Made by a program: the position numbers and the translations under genes. The notes beneath the pieces are model-generated. The model was not told where the DNA came from and made no database searches. It was given only the letters and a program-made list of their open reading frames with translations. A stretch of DNA of 39,624 nucleotides from a virus. Taxonomy: Duplodnaviria > Caudoviricetes. Numbering within the stretch: position 1 is the stretch's first letter; the number at the start of each line of letters is the position of its first letter. Where the stretch lies: IMG/VR virus record IMGVR_UViG_3300009095_000006, positions 1-39,624 of that record; one strand, given 5' to 3'. This document shows, one piece after another, positions 8,714 through 16,665 of the stretch.

Positions 8714-9109
8714 ATGCCTTTTGCTGATTCGTTCCCGGTTCGTGCGATGGGGCCCCGCACGGACCTTTCCTTTGCCTATGTCCACGCTGACATTGGCGCA
8801 AGCGGGGCCCCGACAATTGACGAGGCGAAGACCACCGCGGGATTCAGCATCACGCGCAGCGGAACCGGGACCTACTCGCTCACGTTTCCGAAGTGCAGGT
8901 TTTGTCTGCCCATCGGTGATGTGCGTCCCGACGACACCGCTGACGAAACCGACGCTCGCAAGGTGAACGTCGCAAAGGACCTGGACCCAACATCCGGAGC
9001 CGTGACGTTCACCACGCAGGAGTACGTTGACGTGACCGCTGACACATCAACAATCGCTGACCCGGTTTCCGGGTCCGAGATCGTGTTCATCGTGCTGCTG
9101 GGGTTCTGA
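8714..9109 (+). CDS. Probable capsid decoration / minor structural protein
   Basis: AAGGAG RBS; directly follows the capsid gene; beta-rich ITRSGTGTYSLTF motif. Confidence 0.55.
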   Translation: MPFADSFPVRAMGPRTDLSFAYVHADIGASGAPTIDEAKTTAGFSITRSGTGTYSLTFPKCRFCLPIGDVRPDDTADETDARKVNVAKDLDPTSGAVTFTTQEYVDVTADTSTIADPVSGSEIVFIVLLGF

Positions 9110-9396
9110 TGCGATATCTCGTCATCATGCTGGTCCTCTGCTCTTGCGTGGGGGGCCAGCTGGACCCGCGCACACAACGGGCGCTCGACGTGTTCGAGTG
9201 CCGAGCGCAAGCCGTCGCCCCGTACGTGGGCAAAGCTTGTGACGCTGCTGACCTGGTTCGTGATATCGCGCGAGGCCAGGCCGACCTGATCACGTTCCTC
9301 CGTGTGCTCGGTCACACGGTGGACGCGATCGCCGAAGCGCAATCGACCTGGGAAGGTTGCGCCACTCCCGAGTTGCATCGGGAGCCACCGTTCTGA
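9109..9396 (+). CDS. Putative lipoprotein (possible o-spanin or exclusion protein)
   Basis: MRYLVIMLVLCSC signal peptide with lipobox-like Cys. Confidence 0.55.
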   Translation: MRYLVIMLVLCSCVGGQLDPRTQRALDVFECRAQAVAPYVGKACDAADLVRDIARGQADLITFLRVLGHTVDAIAEAQSTWEGCATPELHREPPF

Positions 9397-9402
9397 GGGT
9401 TG

Positions 9403-9443
9403 CGCCCCGGCGCGGCTTTTTGCCGTTTTCCCGCGCCGGGGCG
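9403..9443 (+). terminator. 13-bp stem-loop, possible terminator or processing site
   Basis: CGCCCCGGCGCGG (9403-9415) pairs with CCGCGCCGGGGCG (9431-9443), followed by TTCGTT. Confidence 0.5.
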
Positions 9444-9470
9444 TTCGTTCAGAAACGGCTCCGAATCACC

Positions 9471-9770
9471 ATGCAACTGCACACTATCCCCAATGGTCAC
9501 GTGACAGAGGATTCCGAGTCTGTCGAGATCAGGCTGGAGCGCATAGAAAAAGGCGTCAACGCGCTCTTGCGCGGACAAGCGGATCTGACAGTTGCCTTCG
9601 GGCAGATCCATCGGCGCGTCAAGCGGCTCGAAAAGGATGCGCGCTGGAAGGTTTGGATCGTCAACGTTGCCAAGGCCGCGCTGCCTTTCGTTGGCGGAGT
9701 CGTGGCCTCACGGTGGCCCGCTCTCGCTGATATCGTCTCGAAGATTGTGGACGCCGGCTTTGCGCCGTGA
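9471..9770 (+). CDS. Coiled-coil plus C-terminal hydrophobic helix protein (XhlA-like / holin-like)
   Basis: RLERIEKGV...RVKRLEK coiled coil followed by WIVNVAKAALPFVGGVVASRW. Confidence 0.5.
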   Translation: MQLHTIPNGHVTEDSESVEIRLERIEKGVNALLRGQADLTVAFGQIHRRVKRLEKDARWKVWIVNVAKAALPFVGGVVASRWPALADIVSKIVDAGFAP

Positions 9771-9833
9771 AGCTTCTGATTCTCGCGTTGATTCTGATCG
9801 AGCTGCGTATCGCAGCCGGAAAGGTTTTTGGAA

Positions 9834-10061
9834 ATGGCAAAAGACTTCGACATGAAGGCCGCCCTCGGCACGCCGGAGACGGGCAAGGGCAAGAAAAAGA
9901 CGAGCTACCTCGACAGCAAGAGTCCCGAGCTCGTCAGCTACCTGCTCGAGGCGACGGACGGAGATCACGCACGAGCAGAGGCGCTCTGCCGAGCAATCGA
10001 GATGAGCGCCAGCCCCGCGCCGGACCCTGCCGGTGACATGGGAGATATCCTCGGGCCATGA
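9834..10061 (+). CDS. Hypothetical protein (75 aa)
   Basis: MAKDFDMK...; ATGA overlap with the adaptor gene. Confidence 0.6.
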   Translation: MAKDFDMKAALGTPETGKGKKKTSYLDSKSPELVSYLLEATDGDHARAEALCRAIEMSASPAPDPAGDMGDILGP

Positions 10062-10831
10062 CACAGCAATTCAAGCTGGTCTCGGACCTGATCACACGCG
10101 CGCGCCGGCAAGCGGGAATCTTCGGGCAAGAGGACCGGCACACCGACGAAGAATTGCTCGAGCAATTCAACGCGAGCGCGGGCGAGCTGCGCGTACGCCT
10201 GACCAACCTCGGCTTCGAGTGGTTTCTCGAACGCACCGAAACGCTCACGCTGCCCACTGCGCCCGCGTATACGGGCGAGACGTACGCCGAGGTGGACTGG
10301 CCCATCGCCGCGCAGCGCATCTACCGAATCGACGTGCTTTTTCAAACAGGACTCTGGCTCCCGCTGCGCGCTACGTCGATCAGCGGCATTCGTGACTACC
10401 AGCTATTCACGAACTTCTGGGATGTGCCCGGTATCAGTGACGGGCCTTGCGCGTTTGCTTTGCGAAAGGCGCCGTTCAACACGACGTCGAGCGAGAGCGC
10501 GGGCAAGATCATGATTGCGCCCGTGCCACGCACAGCACGCTCTTACGCAATATTCTACCTCGCGAACTTCGCTGACATGGCGTCGACCGACGTCTACAAC
10601 GGCCATGCGAACTTTGCCGAATGGATCGTTCAAGACATGGTCTGCAAGGTCAGCGAAGTGGACAACGATTCGAACGAGACCTATCAGATCGCCTCTATCG
10701 AGCGGAAGCGCCTGGAGACACTGTTCGCGGAGGAGGCCCCCAAGACGCAGCTCGCCCATGCTCAGATACCGCGACCCATCAACACCGCGGGCGACTGGGA
10801 TGACTACGGCATTCCAACGATGATACCATGA
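10058..10831 (+). CDS. Probable head-tail adaptor (P22 gp4 / T7 gp11-like role)
   Basis: LITRARRQAG...DEELLEQFN N-terminal helices, IMIAPVP...YAIFY beta region, size and position. Confidence 0.6.
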   Translation: MTQQFKLVSDLITRARRQAGIFGQEDRHTDEELLEQFNASAGELRVRLTNLGFEWFLERTETLTLPTAPAYTGETYAEVDWPIAAQRIYRIDVLFQTGLWLPLRATSISGIRDYQLFTNFWDVPGISDGPCAFALRKAPFNTTSSESAGKIMIAPVPRTARSYAIFYLANFADMASTDVYNGHANFAEWIVQDMVCKVSEVDNDSNETYQIASIERKRLETLFAEEAPKTQLAHAQIPRPINTAGDWDDYGIPTMIP

Positions 10832-10835
10832 GCGT

Positions 10836-13277
10836 ATGGCACTCCAACCGATTCAGCACATTCCAGGGCTCGCGCCGGATGCGGAACGCGAGCTCTTGCG
10901 CGTCGTCAACGCGCTGATTGCGCAGCAAACCGAGCTCGCGCGCGGTGGTCGCGTCTCGCAGCTCGAGACCAAGGGGCGGCTCGCGACCGAGGGCGAGACG
11001 ATCCGGATCACGTCCGGAAACACCATGACGCTGCCTCGCGCGCGCCCAGCGAACCAGGGTGCGCGCATCACGCTCATCCTGGAAACGCCCGGCACGCTGC
11101 GCGTCGTGGCCGTGCAAAGCAAGGTGAATGGCGCCACGGTCTTCGCGACGAGTCAGATCGGACGCTACGAATGGCAGAGCAACGGCAACGGCGGCTGGTT
11201 TTGCTCGGCGCCGGGCAGCTCCAGCACGGCAGCCAGCACCGCCACGAGCTCGTCAGCGCCGCTCTCGGGCCCGTACGTCACTCATGACCTGTCCACGCTG
11301 CCCAATGCCCGCCTGGCCTCGGCATCGACCGAGATCACGCCGAGCTTTGCGGCAGCCGGCGCCATCAGCTGGGTGCTGAACGCTGCCAGCGTCACGTTCG
11401 CCAAGCTCGCCAACCTCACCGGTTTGAGCGTGCTCGGCCGTGCCGCGAACACTGCGGGTGTGATGGCCGCTATCACGGCAACCGGCGCACGTCAGGCGCT
11501 GCTCAGTAATTCGGCGGGCACCGCCATCGGCTGGCGCTCGATCGAGGGCTCTGACCTGCCGGCAACATCACCGTACGGCTGGGATGACGTGCTCGCCGAA
11601 GACCCGTCCAGCGGCGCGAACAGCCCAAGTGTTGCATCGGGGCAACACCTCGCGTTCGCAGGCGGGGGGCTATCGGCGGGCGACATCCGCGCCGCGGCGT
11701 CGCTGCGTGTGATCGGCGCCACCGGGCTCGAGCTGTTTGCCACGACCGGCAATGCGGCGCTGCAGTCGAGTGCCGGATTCGCGACCGTGGTCGGCGCCAC
11801 GTTCGCGTCGCTGCAGACCACGGGTGGCCAGGTTTCGTTGCTGGCCGGCGGCAGCAACCCGATCAGGTTGTTCACCAACGGCGTCGAGCGCCTGGAGATC
11901 GAGGGCACCGGGGAGTGGCAAGTCGGTGGCGCCGTGGGCGACGCGCGCCAGACCCTCACGTCGGGTGGCGCCGGCACTCCGCCCACGTGGAGCTATCCGG
12001 TCGAGGTGCGCGAGGACGGAGCCGACAAGGGCGACGTGTTCGCTCTCGATTTCGACGGCGCTACCGTGACCGTGGCGGATGGGGTGGCGACGATCGAGGG
12101 TCTACAGGGGCCGCAGGGCGCCACCGGAGCGACGGGGGCAACCGGAGCGACGGGGGCAACCGGAGCCACGGGGGCAACCGGAGCCACGGGGGCGACGGGC
12201 GCTACTGGCGCCGACGGCTCGCCAGCGCTGCGCATCAACAGCAGCAACCAGACGGCGCGAACGTGGTGGAATTTCGTAAACACCTTCGACGGCACATGGC
12301 AGGGAAACGATGACTCGGCGAATGATGAGACTGAGATTAGGTTCACGCCGCTCGGCGCGTTCTACGCGGAGAACAGCCTGGACCCGGTTCAGACGAGATT
12401 CGTCAGTTTTGACGATGGCGACGTCCTGTCGGTAGATCGAGCCGATAACACCGGAGGATCCGGATACATCAACGTCGCCTACAACCTCAACCTCGCAGCA
12501 AACCAGGCAGTAGCTAACATCTTGGAGGGCGTCGTACCACACGGCACAGCCAAGGTCGGTCGTGACGATATGATGCGTTGGCTGCACTCGCAGCCCAACG
12601 TCGACGTGTTCCACGAGGAATTCCAGGGGCGCCTGGAGTGCTTCACCGGTGATCAGTCCCGCTATGCCCTACAGGGATTCACGACCACCGTCAAAAGCAA
12701 CCTAATTGACCCTGAGATATGGGGGATGTTGCTGCTCCGGCAGCCCAGCCCCGACGGGACGACGCGATGTGTGTTCACGCTGGGAGAAGACGAGAATGCC
12801 CACAACTTTCACTGGCAGTCTATCCGGTACTTCTCCGCCGTTTTTCGCGTCTCGTCGCAGACGCTGACTGCGGAGACCCAGTTTGCCGTGGGTCTCGTCA
12901 GCGATTTCGACACGTACGGGGCTGTGACGTCCTCAACGCTTGGTGGCACCTCTGTCGGTCTGTTTTGCGAGGTGGTCACGGCACTGGACTCCTCGTTCCG
13001 CGTCGCGCGACGAAAGAACAGCACGACCAGTGTGACCGACACCAACGTCGTCGCGACCGCGAACAGCAGACACGTCTTCGAGGTATTCCAGGACGCCGAC
13101 GGGAACCTCTTTTTCTTTTTCGACGGTGAGCACGTAGTCACTGATGCAACAGATTGGGCGCCGAATGCGTGTTGCACATTTTTCCTGACCCTGATCGGAT
13201 CGACCACAGGTCAGCGACAGGTCTACTTGGACTCGTTCACCGTCGTCTCACAGGCCGCGAATCGATACGGCAGCTGA
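10836..13277 (+). CDS. Tail fibre / receptor-binding protein with collagen-like repeat
   Basis: 813 aa, G/A/S/T-rich; FTNGVERLEI beta motif; GLQGPQ(GAT)n collagen stretch; distinct C-terminal domain. Confidence 0.75.
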   Translation: MALQPIQHIPGLAPDAERELLRVVNALIAQQTELARGGRVSQLETKGRLATEGETIRITSGNTMTLPRARPANQGARITLILETPGTLRVVAVQSKVNGATVFATSQIGRYEWQSNGNGGWFCSAPGSSSTAASTATSSSAPLSGPYVTHDLSTLPNARLASASTEITPSFAAAGAISWVLNAASVTFAKLANLTGLSVLGRAANTAGVMAAITATGARQALLSNSAGTAIGWRSIEGSDLPATSPYGWDDVLAEDPSSGANSPSVASGQHLAFAGGGLSAGDIRAAASLRVIGATGLELFATTGNAALQSSAGFATVVGATFASLQTTGGQVSLLAGGSNPIRLFTNGVERLEIEGTGEWQVGGAVGDARQTLTSGGAGTPPTWSYPVEVREDGADKGDVFALDFDGATVTVADGVATIEGLQGPQGATGATGATGATGATGATGATGATGATGATGADGSPALRINSSNQTARTWWNFVNTFDGTWQGNDDSANDETEIRFTPLGAFYAENSLDPVQTRFVSFDDGDVLSVDRADNTGGSGYINVAYNLNLAANQAVANILEGVVPHGTAKVGRDDMMRWLHSQPNVDVFHEEFQGRLECFTGDQSRYALQGFTTTVKSNLIDPEIWGMLLLRQPSPDGTTRCVFTLGEDENAHNFHWQSIRYFSAVFRVSSQTLTAETQFAVGLVSDFDTYGAVTSSTLGGTSVGLFCEVVTALDSSFRVARRKNSTTSVTDTNVVATANSRHVFEVFQDADGNLFFFFDGEHVVTDATDWAPNACCTFFLTLIGSTTGQRQVYLDSFTVVSQAANRYGS
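12099..12218 (+). repeat. Collagen-like (Gly-X-Y)n repeat, 9/18-bp periodic
   Basis: ggggcaaccggagc(g/c)acg units encoding GATGAT... Confidence 0.9.
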
Positions 13278-13303
13278 TCGACCCCGGAGGCGGCCAAGAG
13301 TGA

Positions 13304-13822
13304 TTATCGGTCGCAGGCCACTGCCGCGCAGAGCACAGCCGCGTCCGCTCGCGTGTAGTGGTCTGAGCTCGCCGGATCGGAGAACGCCGCTGGACCCTCG
13401 ATATGAGCGGCGTCGGGCGCCAGTGCATGAATCAGCTCGTGCGCCAGCGTGCGACTCATCGGGCCGCATCCTTCTCGGCTCTCGGTCGCGATCCAGATTT
13501 CTTGCCAGAGAATGTCACCGCTCGACTTGCGCCGGGCATACCGCGTCACGCCACATAAGCGCTCGCCTGTCTCTCGGCTGGTGACCTCGGGCACCCATAG
13601 CACCGGCACGCCGTACGGGTCGGTGATCACGTCGGCCCCCGTGGATTCGCGCAAGTCAGCCACCACGTGCTCGACGAGCGGGTCGGTGGCCTCGAACGCC
13701 ATCGCAACAGCGTTGCACCGGTGCTCTCGACAAGTCTCGTTCTCGAGCGCCGCACAACCCCAGCCGTCAACGCACAGCAGGAGCACCACTCCGAGTCCGA
13801 TCACGTAGTCTTTGGCTTGCAC
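13304..13822 (-). CDS. Exported zincin-like metallopeptidase
   Basis: N-terminal hydrophobic signal, TLAHELIHAL (HExxH) with a downstream His, several Cys; GGAGG RBS before GTG. Confidence 0.6.
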   Translation of the reverse strand: MQAKDYVIGLGVVLLLCVDGWGCAALENETCREHRCNAVAMAFEATDPLVEHVVADLRESTGADVITDPYGVPVLWVPEVTSRETGERLCGVTRYARRKSSGDILWQEIWIATESREGCGPMSRTLAHELIHALAPDAAHIEGPAAFSDPASSDHYTRADAAVLCAAVACDR

Positions 13823-13844
13823 TGCGCCTCCAATTCGATCAACG

Positions 13845-14021
13845 TCATGTCCAGTCCTCTTGCATGTGTAGCCGCGCTCCGCGGCTCAGCCCCCGATCGA
13901 CGATCACTCCGCCCGCTGCAAAGTGCCGGACCCGCGTGGTAGCATCCACGCCAATCACGGGTGCAGCTCGGACCCGAGCCGCACGAACCAAAACGAATGG
14001 CTCGTGCGACTCGGTTACCAT
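13845..14021 (-). CDS. Hypothetical protein (58 aa)
   Basis: ATG overlaps the end of the RHH gene; fills the operon gap; weak support. Confidence 0.3.
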   Translation of the reverse strand: MVTESHEPFVLVRAARVRAAPVIGVDATTRVRHFAAGGVIVDRGLSRGARLHMQEDWT

Positions 14022-14227
14022 CGCTTTCGCTTGCGCTTCTCCGCCGCGTCGGCCGCTATCAGCGCCCGCAGCTTGTCCGATATCTGCATCCGGTCGACTC
14101 GGCATATGTACTCCAGATCTGTGCGCTCAGAATCGGACAAGCGGAGTAGATAGGAATCCCTCCGGCGCGTCGGGCCGGCTAGATAGGAATCCCCCCGGCG
14201 CGCCGGGGGGGGCTGTTGCGAGGTCAT
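14015..14227 (-). CDS. Ribbon-helix-helix (CopG/Arc/MetJ-like) transcriptional regulator
   Basis: SYLLRLS beta-strand, DSERTDLEYICRVD helix A, ISDKLRALIAAD helix B; basic tail; preceded by a GATAT box pair. Confidence 0.65.
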   Translation of the reverse strand: MTSQQPPPARRGDSYLAGPTRRRDSYLLRLSDSERTDLEYICRVDRMQISDKLRALIAADAAEKRKRKRW

Positions 14228-14233
14228 GGGTCC

Positions 14234-14263
14234 TGATATACCTGCCAGATATCAGGCGCGCAA
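14234..14263 (-). promoter_or_regulatory. Promoter/operator of the RHH gene: TTGCGC-17-TATATC with GATATA/GATATC boxes 13 bp apart
   Basis: Boxes at 14235 and 14248; ATG 7 nt downstream of the -10-like hexamer. Confidence 0.5.
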
Positions 14264-15040
14264 GCTCCACTTGACGCGGCTGGGACTATACCCTGGCCAG
14301 TGGTCAAACGCCTCACACCGCTGCAGCTCTGCCAGCCAGCCCCGCCACAGTCTGATCCCTTCCCGAATCACGTCCTGTCCCAGGTCTACGATCGTCACGC
14401 AATGCGGGCGCTCGGACTCGACGGCCACGATTGACAGCCTGCCGATTCTCTTGGCGAGCCCTTGGTTGATGATGCCTTGGGCGTACCAGGTCAGCTTCGC
14501 GTGATAGCAGTAGCGCTCGCACGTGCGGAGGAACGACTCGGGCTCTGTGCAGTCGTCGGTTTTGAGCTCGGTCACGTTGACGGCGTCACCATCTACGCTC
14601 CACACGTCGGGGGTGCCAGCCGCCTTGGTTCCCTTTATCTCCCATTGCATGTAGTTTTCACGATGGCCGCGAAGCAGCTCGCGAGCGTCTCGATCGCGCT
14701 CGATCGCTGACTTCATGTCGTGGACCCTAAACATCTCGGAAGGCGAAACGATCTGCTTGTTCGGATGTTGCGCGAGAAAGGTCTGGTACGCCTTCGTGCG
14801 CCTGTCTCGTTTGCCTTCGTAGCAGACGAGTTTGCTCTCATCCTCCAAGATGAACGAGTGCGTTGCTCTCCCGAGAGCCTGGCTCGCGCTGTACTTGCGC
14901 ACGTTGGCTGCGTAGTGCCCAGCGCTTCGGTGCATCAGCTTTAGCCGACTGAAGTGCACGCGGTTGTCCGCGTCCCGGTCGCAACCGGGAACAACGCCGG
15001 ACTCCTCTTCGGAGTCCGGCAATTCTTCCGGTTCGCTCAT
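14252..15040 (-). CDS. RecE/ExoVIII-like PD-(D/E)xK exonuclease
   Basis: HFSRLK, GRATHSFILE, GTPD...ELKT, YH..L.WY, WPGY motifs; adjacent to ERF. Confidence 0.8.
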   Translation of the reverse strand: MSEPEELPDSEEESGVVPGCDRDADNRVHFSRLKLMHRSAGHYAANVRKYSASQALGRATHSFILEDESKLVCYEGKRDRRTKAYQTFLAQHPNKQIVSPSEMFRVHDMKSAIERDRDARELLRGHRENYMQWEIKGTKAAGTPDVWSVDGDAVNVTELKTDDCTEPESFLRTCERYCYHAKLTWYAQGIINQGLAKRIGRLSIVAVESERPHCVTIVDLGQDVIREGIRLWRGWLAELQRCEAFDHWPGYSPSRVKWSLRA

Positions 15041-15684
15041 CAGCTGGCCTTTCGCAAGCCGAGCTTGATCTCCGCGCCTTCGCGCATGGCGCGCATTGAC
15101 TCGGCGAAGTTCGGGACGCTCTGCAGCTGGCTATACTCAGCGCGCGCCTCTTCGAGAGCCTCCTCGAGCTGCTTCTTGGTTTCCGCGCGTCCCACGAGCT
15201 GTAACAGCTCTTGCGCGCGCGCCTTGAGCGACTCGGGGGATGCCTCGGACGGAGGGTCGTCGTCGTCCGAATCCACTCGGGTTGCGTCGGAGTCATTCTC
15301 CCCGCTGCCGGTGAGCGAAAAAACCTTGAACTCGACGTTTTTGACGGCGTAGCTCAACGCCTGCCCGACCTGTTGCGCCGTGACTCCGGCGCCCTTTTTG
15401 GTTTGCGAGTGTTGCAGCGCAAACATTCGACACACCTCTTTGGAGCCATCCTCCACGTCGGTATACGTCACATCGACGCAAACCTTGACGAGCCCGCCGT
15501 CGAGCACGTCACAGCTGATCATGCTCACCGTTCGCGTGATTCCGATCGCGGCGTAGTGCTCTCGCAGAGCAGCGGTCACGGCTTCGTGCCCGGCGTAGTC
15601 GTAGTCCGCGAACTTGTTTCGCGAGTTTTTGGCGACGCCTTTGACGGCGCGCATCACTTGGTTGATTTTTTGATGGATCGGCAT
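15040..15684 (-). CDS. erf: ERF-family single-strand annealing protein
   Basis: KNSRNKFADYDYA..EAV and QQVGQALSYAVK...F.L...E.DSDA, the ERF signature. Confidence 0.8.
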   Translation of the reverse strand: MPIHQKINQVMRAVKGVAKNSRNKFADYDYAGHEAVTAALREHYAAIGITRTVSMISCDVLDGGLVKVCVDVTYTDVEDGSKEVCRMFALQHSQTKKGAGVTAQQVGQALSYAVKNVEFKVFSLTGSGENDSDATRVDSDDDDPPSEASPESLKARAQELLQLVGRAETKKQLEEALEEARAEYSQLQSVPNFAESMRAMREGAEIKLGLRKAS

Positions 15685-15755
15685 CTTCGTTTTCCTTTAA
15701 CCCTGGCCACGATTCGCTGCCAGGGCTCTTGGGTTTCGAGTGATATCCTCGCGGT

Positions 15756-15974
15756 TCACCAGGACGAAACCGCGAGCAAAAAGCTCAGATACGCTGCGGT
15801 TTGATCGAGGCCGTGGCCGCGGTAGATGATCCCGTTTTTTGCCGTGCACTCAGCGCACGTGCACGCGACCACGCCCCCTGGCGAGGCCAGGAACGAGACC
15901 CGGTGCCCGCGAGGACAGAGCTTGGCTTTGCGAGCAATGCGCTCGCTGATCTTTGCGTTGAGGTTGAGTGTCAT
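15756..15974 (-). CDS. Small Zn-finger protein
   Basis: CPRGH...CTCAEC; ATGA coupling. Confidence 0.55.
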   Translation of the reverse strand: MTLNLNAKISERIARKAKLCPRGHRVSFLASPGGVVACTCAECTAKNGIIYRGHGLDQTAAYLSFLLAVSSW

Positions 15975-16204
15975 CGGGTTGCCTTTGCTGGGCGCGGCGC
16001 CGGGTAGAAGGCGCCGCGGCGTGGGTTCTCGTGGACGACGCGGAACATGAGCCGGTCGCCGAATAGCTGGCTCAGAATCTTTGCGGCGTGGTCAGCGGCT
16101 TGCCGCTCGGCTTCCGGATACTCCGTCTCGAAGCCGTTGATTCGCAGCCGCTGCCACCGCAGGAGCCGGTCTTTTGCGGGGGCGCATTCAATGAACCAGG
16201 TCAT
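15971..16204 (-). CDS. Hypothetical protein (77 aa, MTWFIEC...)
   Basis: TAATG overlap with the upstream ORF and ATGA overlap downstream. Confidence 0.55.
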   Translation of the reverse strand: MTWFIECAPAKDRLLRWQRLRINGFETEYPEAERQAADHAAKILSQLFGDRLMFRVVHENPRRGAFYPAPRPAKATR

Positions 16205-16365
16205 TAGCGCAGCCCTGCCAGCGCGTGGAGTGTGCGACGCAGTAGCCATCGCTGACGCAGCCTAGCCCGGGCCGCCCACAGATCGGCCAGTGCGACGAGA
16301 GCCAGCGTGCTTTCGAGGTCAAGTTCCTCGATTCCGACGTCCAGGTCATAGCGTTCGATTGCCAT
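16204..16365 (-). CDS. Hypothetical protein (53 aa, MAIERYDLDVGIEEL...)
   Basis: ATG 6 nt after a -10-like element; stop overlaps the next start; below the ORF-track cut-off. Confidence 0.55.
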   Translation of the reverse strand: MAIERYDLDVGIEELDLESTLALVALADLWAARARLRQRWLLRRTLHALAGLR

Positions 16366-16371
16366 CGTGCA

Positions 16372-16400
16372 GTGATATCACCCGGTGATATCAGGGTCAA
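16372..16400 (-). promoter_or_regulatory. Promoter TTGACC-17-TATCAC containing paired TGATATCA boxes
   Basis: gTGATATCAcccggTGATATCAgggtcaa; boxes at 16374 and 16387. Confidence 0.65.
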
Positions 16401-16609
16401 GCGCTTTTTCGAATCGGCCGCATCAATTCGGCGACCATGAGCTCGTAATGGTCTGGGTGCGCCTCGCACGCGCCGTGCCCCGCGGCTCGGGAGCCGCGCC
16501 GATGGGGCCAGGGAATGCCGTGGCACCCACACGGCGCCGGTCGCGTGTGCCGGCAGCGGCGGCGGATCTTCCCTCTTTTGAGGCCACGGCAGCGGTAGCA
16601 GGCAGCCAT
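16397..16609 (-). CDS. Small Cys/His-rich basic protein
   Basis: CYRC...C.H...CGCH...PH...C..H; preceded by TGATATCA at 16618-16625. Confidence 0.45.
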   Translation of the reverse strand: MAACYRCRGLKRGKIRRRCRHTRPAPCGCHGIPWPHRRGSRAAGHGACEAHPDHYELMVAELMRPIRKSA

Positions 16610-16665
16610 CACCAGGGTGATATCACGACAGGCGACCTCGCGCCAGCTATATTCGGTGAATCACC

